The notes under the pieces are model-generated. The model had not been told where the DNA came from. It was given only the letters and a program-made list of their open reading frames with translations, and searched no databases. The position numbers and the translations under genes are program-made. DNA of 64,000 bases. Origin: Thalia democratica (taxonomy: Eukaryota). Shown piece after piece: positions 12,120 through 22,467 of the stretch (position 1 is its first letter; every line of letters starts with the position of its first letter). The stretch is taken from assembly GCA_965202585.1 (NCBI GenBank), contig OZ241834.1:8122001-8186000 (forward strand), written 5' to 3'.

Positions 12120-12856
12120 ATTAACAAACGCAATCCTTGTAAACAAGGATCACAATTTAAGTAAGTAGTCCTGATTTTTCCTGAAGAATGCGTTTAGATA
12201 TTTATATGTAAATCTTTAGTATTTGACATGCTCGAATATTTATGAAGTTCAAAGTTTGAAAAAACTACTTCAATTTAATTTTTTCTGATCAACCCAACTA
12301 CGCAACCCTGACCTCTAAAACAGAGTGTTTGAGTTCTTAAATGTAAGTGTGAATTAAGTTTAGTCCTGAATTTTAAAGTTGATAAATTTAAATGTTTTTA
12401 TATACTTTCCTTTAAAAATGTTTAAAATTAACAAATACAAACAACTTTTTATACTGCTTTAAACTCCGCGTGATTACTAAAAACGAGCAGTTAGTATATT
12501 TTTACAATTCTTTTGTGAAGAACTCATGCAAAAACTAAAATGCATATTTACCATCAAAAAGTTTAGTTCTTTTGGTACAGATTCTAAATTTATAACGATT
12601 ATATTCTATATATGAGCTATACATATAAAACTGTCACTTTTTTGTTTTATTGCATTTTTATTTTTAATGTACTTAGTGTTGTACTTGCTCAATATTTTTA
12701 TATTGAAACTCTTTTTAACAAGCGTAGTTTGTATCTAATGATTTTTTTTAAAACTATTTTCAATGCTTTGCTACTTTTTAACTTTTACAAAAATTACAGA
12801 CGCAGTAGCGTTGTCACATACAAATTCAAATAACAAAACTTTCTTTAAGTTGAAAA

Positions 12857-12862
12857 AATAAA
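12857..12862 (+). terminator. Candidate Fezf-A polyadenylation signal (also 41301-41306 in B and 53481-53486 minus in C)
   Basis: AATAAA followed by tttcgaaac, conserved in all three copies ~740 nt after the stop in A; weak evidence in such AT-rich DNA. Confidence 0.35.
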
Positions 12863-12879
12863 TTTCGAAACAACTAAAT

Positions 12880-13210
12880 ATAGACCGCAATCAAGTTCAA
12901 TTTTCCGCCCCATCAAAAATAAACCAACACGAAAAACCAAAAAACAAAAGAAGGCAGGTGTTTAATTAAATGTCGTTATCTCCCCTGTCGCTCCGATGCA
13001 GCCGACCCGGTGTAATCGCGTTTCACGGCACCCCCACGACGTTTCCGTGGTAACAGGTGCGCGGGTTGACAGGGTTGACGAGGTTTCTTTGGGGCCCCGA
13101 GATGATCAGTCAGATGCGAGACCTGCCCGTGAAATCCGTGCAAAATTTCTGTCGCTTGACGGTTTTGACTTTTGTGCTTTTTGTTTCATCTCGTTCAATG
13201 ATGTGCGATT
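12880..13210 (+). promoter_or_regulatory. GC-rich conserved block downstream of Fezf (paralogues ~41325-41650, ~53140-53465) with X-box, GC box and E-boxes
   Basis: Most CpG-rich non-coding stretch; indels between copies break any reading frame; CCGCCCC, CAGGTG twice, GTTTCCGTGG(T/C)AAC. Confidence 0.6.
13041..13054. promoter_or_regulatory. RFX X-box-like site, copy A
   Basis: GTTTCCGTGGTAAC versus consensus GTTNCCATGGNAAC. Confidence 0.55.
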
Positions 13211-13695
13211 AAGCTATTGTTTTATTTTCTTTGAAAATCTTTTGTTTAAACTATTTTCTCCTTATATTTTTGATCATTGATTAAAGTTAAACAGTTTGTA
13301 AAAATTAGAATTAACTACAATTTAACATCCAAATTAACGTTTAACGCAATTAACATTTAAACTTATAACATATTAGGTATAAATTATGTATTTTTAAATT
13401 ATAAATTTTTAAATAATTTACTTTTTTCGTTTAAAAAGTTCTAAGCTGTAATTTAAGATATGCTCTTTTAGTAATTAGTACCATTTATCACTACCTAAAT
13501 AATAAATATTCAAGTTGTTGACAAATATTTAAATTTGAAATTAAAAACATAATCTAGTGATATTAAATAAACATAGTTATATTAAATATTTTTCACTTTA
13601 ACTAATTAAATTATTACTCCAGGATCCATTAGCATAAAAAAAATAATCGTACGAATTTTACTAAACGATTATTAAACTATGTTCACACTTTCTAG

Positions 13696-16600
13696 GGCCA
13701 CAGCAAGTTGTTGGAGCTCCTCATATCAAATGGGGCGGATGTGAATGGGATGGTTTCGGTGCTTCCCCTATTTTCACTGCTGCCACTTGTGGGCGCAATA
13801 AGTGCTTGAGAATACTTATTGATAATGGTAATAACTACTATTAAATGAATGGAATTAGACATAATAACAAAAGTTGATAAAATAACTTTGACTTAACAAC
13901 TTGGTTATACATTCAATAAAAACTTAAGCTATTTAAATTTAACTCAAGGTGTTTATTGTAGACATTAAATTATGCTTTTCAATTATAAAAAAAAAGGAAA
14001 TCTTTATTTTTTAACAGATTATATAGTATAATGTAAACCATGACATAATAATAATAATACATAACGAAACACATAAACCAAAAATCTATCTACCATTTAA
14101 TTTTCAACAGACAGAGACTTTATTAGCAGTCGAAAAGTAAAAGTGCCACCCCATTGTACGAAGCTAGCAAGGAGGGACACTCTGATTGTGTGAAAACTCT
14201 TCTCGCAAGAGGGGCTGACCCCCACACCGAGAACTGCGACGGGGTTCTCCCTATACACGTTGCAGTTCTCTACGGACATCAAAGGTTAGTAACACATTTA
14301 AGACTTAGTTTTCACAGCAAAATAAGTAAAAGTATTATTGTTTTCTATCTAAATAGTGTTGAGAAAAGGTGAAGTAACAATAAAGTAAATTTTGAATTAA
14401 AGCAAATAGATGAGTTTGTTGTTATTTTTTGAGTTTAATTAATTCATCATTTTAATAATTATTGACTATTCCGTAAAAAGTTGGTTAAGTTTCTAGTAAA
14501 AAAGATAAAGTTTACTAATTGAACTAGTTCGTTAACTACTGAAAAATATAATTTAGCACACAAACTTGTATTTAAAGTGTTTAACTTTGAGTTTAGTAGC
14601 ATATTTGTAACACCTTTTTAACGAAATTAAAATTGTACAGAATACAGATGATTCTACAAAAAGTGACAGAAATCAACATAGCGGAACAGTGTGGAGTTTT
14701 CGCACTGAAATTTGCCGCGCAAAACGATCACGTGGAAATAATAGAGAATCTGCTTGATGCCGAATATGACGTCAATCACAAGATGATAACTGATAAAGTA
14801 ATTTACATGTTTGTTTGCTTTACTGATTTTTTTCAACCATGAGCATAAAACATCAATAAAAAAAAGGTGCATTAGTTAACAAATCACAACAAATGCTAAC
14901 ACGGCTTAACTAAACCCACGGTTAAAAACAAACTACTGAAACATACATGTCTTTGCTAATCATACATCGAAAAACAAGCCAACTAAAGAAAAGCAGTAAA
15001 CTGCTAAAACTTGGCTGAACAAAAACAAGAACAAGTATACCTTAAGCAAGTGGATCGTTTATAAACACAAAAGTCACTGAGAGAAGAGAACAAATAAAAA
15101 GCTGCATATTGCAGCTTAATAGCGCTGACTGTGGTCGGCTGTTACAGATCACTTTCTCCAAAGCTTGGCTTCATGCGACTCCTGACCACCATGGTAATCT
15201 TAATACTAATTATCGAAATAGGTGTTTGCTAAAGCAAGTATTAGAAAAGTATAGTGAATAAAACAAACATGTTGAAAAAAGAAAAGTGTTTAAAACTAAA
15301 ATTGGTGTTAATCTTTAATTAGATACTTACATGTCATTATTCTTCTGTAATTAATCTTTTTGAATAACGCTAGGTTTAAAATTGCTATTTGTTATAATTA
15401 TTGTACACTTTTATATTTATAGATACAGTCTTAAAAGTTTCTTACGTTTAAAACTAAACTTGTTATTTTATAAACGTATAAAAAAGATAGTTGTTCATTT
15501 TACTATTAACACAAAAAACAAAAACACACAAAATAGCTTGTCGTTTTAAAATTTAAAGCTAGCAATAAAGTAAACTTTATTTCTGCAATGCATTTAAATA
15601 AAAAAAGAATAGAAAAGTAGGTGAACAAAGTATTTTACAAACAGCTAAAACGTAAAATACTGACTTACACTACAGTAAAATTTATGGTAGTTTAACAAAC
15701 AACTTTTGACTTTAGTATATTTTTAGAAAAAATCTTTACAAACTGTAAAAACAATACTCAAACTTAAACTAATGAAGTATATTTTAAAGGATAAGAAATT
15801 AGTAGCAAAGGATAGAGCTGATGTGAATAATTGTTTAGATTGTGTGATGGGATTACATGAACACCAATTTGATCTGGACACCATAAGAAAATCTGTAAGT
15901 TAATAAATCTTTATAGTAAATTTATTTACTAATATAAAGTATTTCAGTTTATGATTAACTTAGTCGGAGTTTCTTAAACACCATTTTTAAGTTTATAAAA
16001 ATTTTGTGTACTAAAATAAATTATGACAGTTTAATTGGAGTTTCTTGAATAACTTCAGATTTAGTTAACTTATAAAAACTTATCGTTTTAAATAACTCTA
16101 TAAACATTGACGTTATAAATCTTATTAAAATAACACAATGTCAAGAAAAAAATAATGTTAATAGAAAAATAAGTAATAAAAAATCATACAGTTCTGCAAC
16201 TACCTGATAAACTATGATGAACTTTCTCGAGATTGGAGGGGAGCTGCGATTGCGTTCCTCCTAAATTTTGTTGGGAATCCTGTGAATTTATGCAGGAGTT
16301 TGTTGGAATCCGTGCATAACACTGATGAGTGGGATTACATCATCAATAAAACTGGTTTGAAACAATAACATAAAGTAATATTATAGTTTTAAAATAAAAG
16401 CACTTTTCTATTAAGTACTATAAATTAAGTTGCCGCATAAAGTAGTCATAATAAAAGCTGATATTTTCAGTAAAAAATTAAATAAGTCATTAACAAAAAC
16501 TGGTCAGTTGTCACATACTAGGTTTAAAAAAATCGATGTCAGTATGTTAGTGACATAATTGTGTAATTAAAACAACTTATTTGTAATATTATGTTTGTTT

Positions 16601-17062
16601 ACTACAATTGTGATATTCTTTTAAGAAGAAAATGACAAAAGCAAATTTGATTTTGCAAAATTTTAAAACATAAGAACAAAAGAATAAAAGGGCTTACAAA
16701 AACTTGTTTTACTTCTAGCATTCAAAAATATTTTTTAAGGATTTCTTGCTTTGAAAGCTTACAAATTAAATAATACTATTAGTGAGTTATTTTTACTAAA
16801 TTTAACTTAAGCTTTGTCTTCGGTCACTTTTAAGTTTTCATAAAATATATCTATCTACTTAGATTGAACGATTTTTTACTACTGATTCTTATTTTAGTTA
16901 CGGCTTGAAACTTTCAACGGTATACAAAAAAAACTTTTTTAGCATTTATGCAGATTGAAAATAAGAGAAGCGATAGGATACAAGAACTTATCTAAAAACA
17001 ACATGATTTTGATGAGCATGCAATTACCTGATCTTGTTAAAAGTTTTCTCGATTATCAGTAA
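13696..17062 (+). pseudogene. Asb2/14/15: Ankyrin-repeat and SOCS-box (ASB2/14/15-like) gene fragment, 5'-truncated and frameshifted; exons ~13696..13827, 14111..14284, 14641..14797, ~14920..15194 (decayed), ~15790..15894, 16192..16354, 16943..17062
   Basis: Peptides GHSKLLELLISNGADVN, ATPLYEASKEGHSDCVKTLLARGADPHTENCDGVLPIHVA, FAAQNDHVEIIENLLDAEYDVN, ADVNNCLDC, FCNYL...LLNFVGNPVNLCRSLLESVHNTDEWDYI and HLCRLKIREAIG...QLPDLVKSFLDYQ* follow the order of the recalled ASB2 C-terminal half. Lesions: 4-nt deletion in the first exon, 1-nt deletion in the second, start of the SOCS exon missing. Confidence 0.85.
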
Positions 17063-18049
17063 ACTTAAATTGTTTGAACAAGTTTTAAACTACTTAGTAA
17101 CCTGATTATATCTTTCGTGTACAAGTTATGCAGAATGATTTTCTAAAATTTATGTCATTGTGCTTTGTATAGTTTTTATACTTTAAGTAGTTAAGTTGAA
17201 AAAAAAGTCAAACTGATTACAAAAACGAAAAAGATGAAGTGATTTTTGTAATTAATTTTACAAGACTTTAGTTTATTCACAGTTGTACAGTCACTTTGTA
17301 TTTTTTATTTACTTAAGTTTATTTGATATTTTGTAAATAAAATTTGAAGTTGTATTATAACTTACTTACTTACTTATAACTTACTTAATTACTTGTTTAA
17401 TTACAAAAGTTTTGTTAATAAACTAAAAAAGCGTAGTAAAATTAATTTACATTGCATTCAACTTATAATTATTTATAAGATAGTGTTAATTAGTGTTTGA
17501 AAACGTAATTTTAATTTTTTATTTTTATGCTAAAATAGTAAGTACTAATATGTGATAGTAATTATTAAAACTGTTTTTATAATTTGCGTAAAAAAGTTTA
17601 CACTTTTTATTTAGAAGTAAAAAGGACATTGTTTTTATGATAAAAGGTTCCAACTCTTTTTAAAAGTTTTAGAATAAAAAATTATTTTCGATTAAGATAA
17701 AAAAACAAGTTTTTGATTAGTTTTTGTACTAGATTATGTGTTTTTAACAAAATAAAGTTTAAACTAACTTTAAAAGTTATTCTGTGTATAAACTGCTAAG
17801 TTCATAAAAAAAAGTTTATGTATAGTTACAAAATAATTTCAATTTGAACATACAATAATGTTTTAAATTTAATCAGATTAGACTTTTAATTTCTAGTTAC
17901 AATTTAGTCTATGTAAACACGAGTTATTAATTCTAGGAGCATACAACTCTTTAGAATTTTTAAAAACGATTTATTTTGTAGTTTCCAAATTTATTATTGT
18001 TTCTTGGCTTTGCAAAAAAAAGCTTTGAACTATTTTTTAATAATACAAA

Positions 18050-18424
18050 CAGCGATTCGTAACCTGGGGTAAACTTACCCCTAAGAATAAAATCCCTTGT
18101 TTTAGGGGGTAATTTTTTTGTATTAAAAATTATGTAAATTAATGTTTATTAGTTGTCTTTTCAATTTCTAAGTTAGTATCTAGTTGTTTTTTTGATTTAT
18201 AAGTTAGTATCTAATTGTTTTTTTTATTTTAAATAAACTCTTAAAAATTTACGTTTTTTCTATTTAAAAAGGTTAAGTTCAAAAAAGATATTGTTTCCCC
18301 TAAACTTAACACTATTTTGTACATTGGGAGTAAGTTTGGTTATTACCTTCTAAAAAGAGGTAAATTTGTTATTAACTTTACAAAAAGGGGTAAAACATGA
18401 AAAAAAAAAGGTTAAGAACCGCTG
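18050..18424. mobile_element. Non-autonomous hAT-type element (MITE), ~375 bp
   Basis: Terminal inverted repeats CAGCGATTCGTAACCT ... AGGTTAAGAACCGCTG; repeated GGGGTAA subterminal motifs; target-site duplication not recognisable. Confidence 0.7.
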
Positions 18425-18601
18425 ATCTAGCTTAAAAAAGATGATTTAAATTAGCAATTTAGAAACTAGCTTTTTTACTGTGATAAAAAAATCAGCTTTG
18501 ATTATGAACTTTATAAAATACACAATAAATAAAGATTGCCTATTAACAAAACAAGAAATAAAAACTGGTTATTTTAAAGAATAAAAAACTAAAGAATTTA
18601 C

Positions 18602-20053
18602 ATTTTAAAAGCACGAACGTATTCGGAAGTGTCAAAAATATGTAGCAAGTTTAAACTTAAACCTTGAATTAATATTTGAAAAGCCCTATTATCACATTAG
18701 TTATCCTGCAGCCTTGTTTAATACAAATTTACAATGAAAGTAAAAACTTTGATTAAAACTTTATATAAATAAGTAACTAGTTTCAAACACAAAACGAAAC
18801 CTTTGAATTTTTACATAAAGTTTTGAGAGTTAAAAAAATATATTATTTTAAGTTCAAAATATTTAAAAAATTATTTATAAATTTTTGAATTATGTTCTAC
18901 TGTATGAATAAATACTTAAAATACTTAAAAAACAATTGATTTTAATGCAAAAATATGCGGCAAGTCACTGTGTCACAAAAGTTTATGTACTGTATTATTA
19001 TTTTGTAAAGGTATTTGTCATAGTTAACTGAACATTTTTGGCATCCCAGATTCTTGCATTAAACCATTCGTCTGGACTCGATACTGTTTGTGTTTTCCAA
19101 TTTTTTTTATTAGAATACTTGTGTGTGTTTTATGATAAAAATGAATTTAGTTTTCTTACATAAACACAAGTGTTTAAATAATTTAAATTCATCACTTGAT
19201 AACGCACTAATTTTTGTAAACTTAAACATAATTTAAACCTTTTTTAATATAACAGTTTTAGGAATTTAAAGTAAAACATAATTATTAAATAAGTTAATCT
19301 AACTTCCTTTAGAAGATCCACAATTTGAATAATATTTTGAAGTTCCAAACTGAAAACCTTCTTCTAATATTATTTCGCTATTAAGGGGGAGATACTTGAA
19401 ATGTTATTATATATAGTACATATACAATTGCTCTACAGTTATTTTAATAACAATAACAATATTTTTAAGATCAGTAATGAGTTTTTTCATAGCTTTTGAA
19501 ATAATTTAAATTTTAAAACATCGTTAAAATTGTTGTAATGTTTATTTTTGTTACATAATGACCTTTTATCGTCGGCTTATGTACTTCGAACTTTTTACAA
19601 CATAAATTATTATTAGTTCAAATAAATTGTAAATTTTATACAGTTTTAAAAATGTCTAGTCAATGACAAAAATACATTACTCTAACAATTTAGCCAAGAT
19701 TTAAAAAAAGAACTCGAACAAAAAAGTTTCTTAATGCACTTACTTTACACATTAATAGATTATAATTTAAAATAAAACAAATCAAACCAATTTATTTATT
19801 GTTGCGCTGGTTGAAATATTTAATGAAAGTCGCTAGTAAAAATTATTTGAAATTAATATTTGTGATAAACAACAGATACTATTTAAATAGTTACCTAAAC
19901 CTATCAATTAATTCAAGTAAGATAAAAATACCTGGTTCGCATCAAACTGGATATCATCTTTTGAGCAAGGCAGTTTTCCGTTCTTCCAACGCAAAACGTC
20001 TTCGAACTCAAAAGTTTATTAAAACTTGTTTTTAGTTAAAATTTAAACATATA
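18602..20053 (-). pseudogene. AMN: Amnionless (AMN)-like gene fragment, decayed; exon-like pieces 19932..20053, ~19545..19590, 19307..19394, ~18960..19100, ~18602..18712
   Basis: Minus-strand peptides in AMN order: FEDVLRWKNGKLPCSKDDIQFDANQ|gtattt, GHYVTKI, ag|YLPLNSEIILEEGFQFGTSKYYSNCGSSK (88 nt), DEWFNARIW and IFDTSEYVRAFK. These resemble recalled human AMN [49 protein letters not shown]...DCG and SWHDPHLW. In-frame stops and broken splice sites are present. Confidence 0.7.
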
Positions 20054-21453
20054 CTAAACTTTATCTAAACTTTATGCGTTTTAAAAAATAAATTTACATT
20101 TTTTGTAGCATAACTAAAATATTGTTAACTAATAAATTAAGAATAGTAAAATGCAATGTTTAGAATAAATAAACAAACTGTTCTCAATAAAATATAATTT
20201 ATAAGCAAAAGTTAAAAACGCTATAACTAATGTTCTGTAAAGTCTATTTTTTTGTAATATTTTGTGAAGTTGATATTCAAAGAAAAATTATTACTTCTAT
20301 AAAAAAATTATCTAAATAACACAAATTAAGTCATTTTCTAAGCTGTTAGCTCGTAAGTTTGTGTGAATAGATAGACAACATATTCATAAAATTTATGATT
20401 AAAACTCGAGTATTTATGTTACTTTGACTTGGTAGACTAAAAAATAAATTTATAAAAAGTAGTATTAAATTTGCTTCAAGAGGAACTTTAGTCAAATTTT
20501 CTTTCTTAAATATATACTAAAAAATTCATTTATTACAAACGATAACAAAAACTAAACAATTTTAGAATGAATAGCTTTCATAGAATTTTATTCATTAAAT
20601 AAGGTTTACTCTAGTTGTTGTATAAAAAAGTTAAAACTACTATAAACAAGTACAAACTATAAGCGAATAATTGCATCTGTAATAAATATATAAATGTAGT
20701 AAACTTACTTAGCGAAAATAAAACACTTAAGATAAAAACGTTAAGCATCGTAGTATATAAAATATGAAATAAAAATTAAAATTTAGAAAAAATTAAAGTT
20801 TTTATTAAACATGCTTTATCAAAAATTAAAACAAAAGTATATATTATGTGAGCATCTAGCCTAAATAGTTAAGCGTTGTCATAATATTTGGTAAATAATT
20901 AAAACATAGTAATTGTGTTTTTATTTTGTAAACAAAGCAAAATAGTTTTACAGTTTAAATAAATAAAATTTATTTTGTCAGTATTTTACTGTTGTTATTG
21001 TTGGTGTTGTTTTTTATTCGCATATATGCGTAACACATTTGTTTAACTATATAAAACTAATACCAATTTTTTTTAATATTCTACAGCATTTACTTGTTAT
21101 CTTTTTAAATTTTCAGACAGATTAACTTTTTTCAATTTAACTTAAGAAAAATTTTTCACTTTATAAGGATTTTGTAATATTTAAATTCTTGAAATTAAAT
21201 TCTACCTGTTACTTAAAGTATAAGTTCAACGTTTTAGTATTTGTAAAAGTTTGAGCACTGTTGAAAATATTAACGAAACTAGTTGTATTAAAATAGTTTT
21301 GAATTATTTTAAACAAGTAAAAGTGTTACCACTTTAACAAATAAAGATATTCTTCTGAATAATGAAAGAAATTTAAAAAACTGCTAGTTGTAGCATTTGT
21401 AACATTAAAAAAAGTTATAACTGTTTGAACAAAGCCTTAAACGTTATATAGTT

Positions 21454-22467
21454 GGAACGGGTCGGAAAAGCACGGGCGTCACTTTAGCACATAGTGACAC
21501 TTTAGCACGGGGTGATACTTTAGCACTGAGTGACACTTTAGCACAGTATGACACTTAAGCACGGATTGACACTTTAGCACAGAGTGACACTTGAGCACGG
21601 AATGACACTTTAGCACGGCGTATTTTTAGCACGAAGTGAAAATTTAGCACGGAGTCACACTTTAGCACAGAGTGACTTTTTAGCAAGGCATAAATTTAGC
21701 ACATGGCAACACTTTAGCACGGCGTCACTTTAGCATGGACTGCAACTGTTTTTTATGCTTACATAACATTGTTAGTGTTATGTTTAAATATATAAAACAA
21801 TCTATGCAACATGTATACTAAAAGTTAACGAGCTTTAAATATGTTACAAGCTAAAGCTTTGTCTTACAATTTACTCCTTACTTAACTATAATTTTAAATA
21901 AAAACAACTTTGGTAGATATACTTCCCGTTAAATTAACAGTTAGTTTAAAGTGCCAAAAATGCGTAATCAACATGATGCTGACCTAATAAAGTTATATTT
22001 TAAACAGTTTAATAAATATACTCTTAATTAGTATTTAATTTAATTACTTAGTAGTATCAAACGTGCTAAAGTGTAACTCCGTGCTAAAGTGACGCTGTGC
22101 TAAAGTGTCACCCCGTGCGAAAGTGTCACTCCGTGCTTAAATGACGCCGTGCGAAAGTGTCTAGCCGTGCTAAAATGATGCCGTGCTAAAGTGTCACGTC
22201 GTGCTAAAGTGTCACTCCGTGCTTAAGATACGCCGTGCTAAAGTGTCACTCTGTGCTAAACTGTCACTCCGTGCTTAAGTGACACTGTGCTAAAGTGTCA
22301 TTCTGTGCTTAAGTGTCACTCTGTTCTTTAGTGTCACTCTGTGCTTTAGTGTCAATTTGTACCAAAGTGTCACTCTGTGCTAAAGTTTCACTGCGTGCTA
22401 AAGTGTCAACCCGTGCTAAAGTGTCGACCCGTACTAAAGTGACGCTGTGCTTTTCTGACACATACCC
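21454..22467. mobile_element. Foldback-type element: outer TIRs plus inverted arrays of a ~17-bp unit around an AT-rich loop
   Basis: Left end GGAACGGGTCGGAAAAGCACGGGCGTCACTTTAG mirrors right end CTAAAGTGACGCTGTGCTTTTCTGACACATACC. GTGACACTTTAGCACGG-like units run at ~21477-21745 and their complement at ~22062-22450. Flanks ttatatagtt / ttttatagta may be a degenerate 9-10-bp TSD. Confidence 0.8.

Larger units (their letters stand above)
1..20050 (+). repeat. Segmental duplicon, copy A (Fezf gene + 3' ASB fragment + AMN fragment); left end lies outside the window
   Basis: Base 1 (ttaaataaaa...cgcttaacatcaacaaag) matches 28328 onward colinearly to ~13200/41650. Positions ~2130-17060 match 64000-47100 in inverted orientation, with weaker similarity continuing to ~18690/45640. 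The right boundary is approximate. Confidence 0.9.

Noticed and set aside
12996-13280. MQPTRCNRV... ORF in all three copies
   Set aside because: A 2-nt indel at gtttct...ccccga changes frame between A and B/C, and the ends differ; non-coding.
19799-20035. 78-aa plus-strand ORF
   Set aside because: Antisense shadow of the AMN-like exon on the minus strand.
21477-22450. CRISPR-like or simple satellite interpretation of the 17-bp arrays
   Set aside because: No unique spacers, eukaryotic context, and the arrays are inverted about a centre with matched ends.
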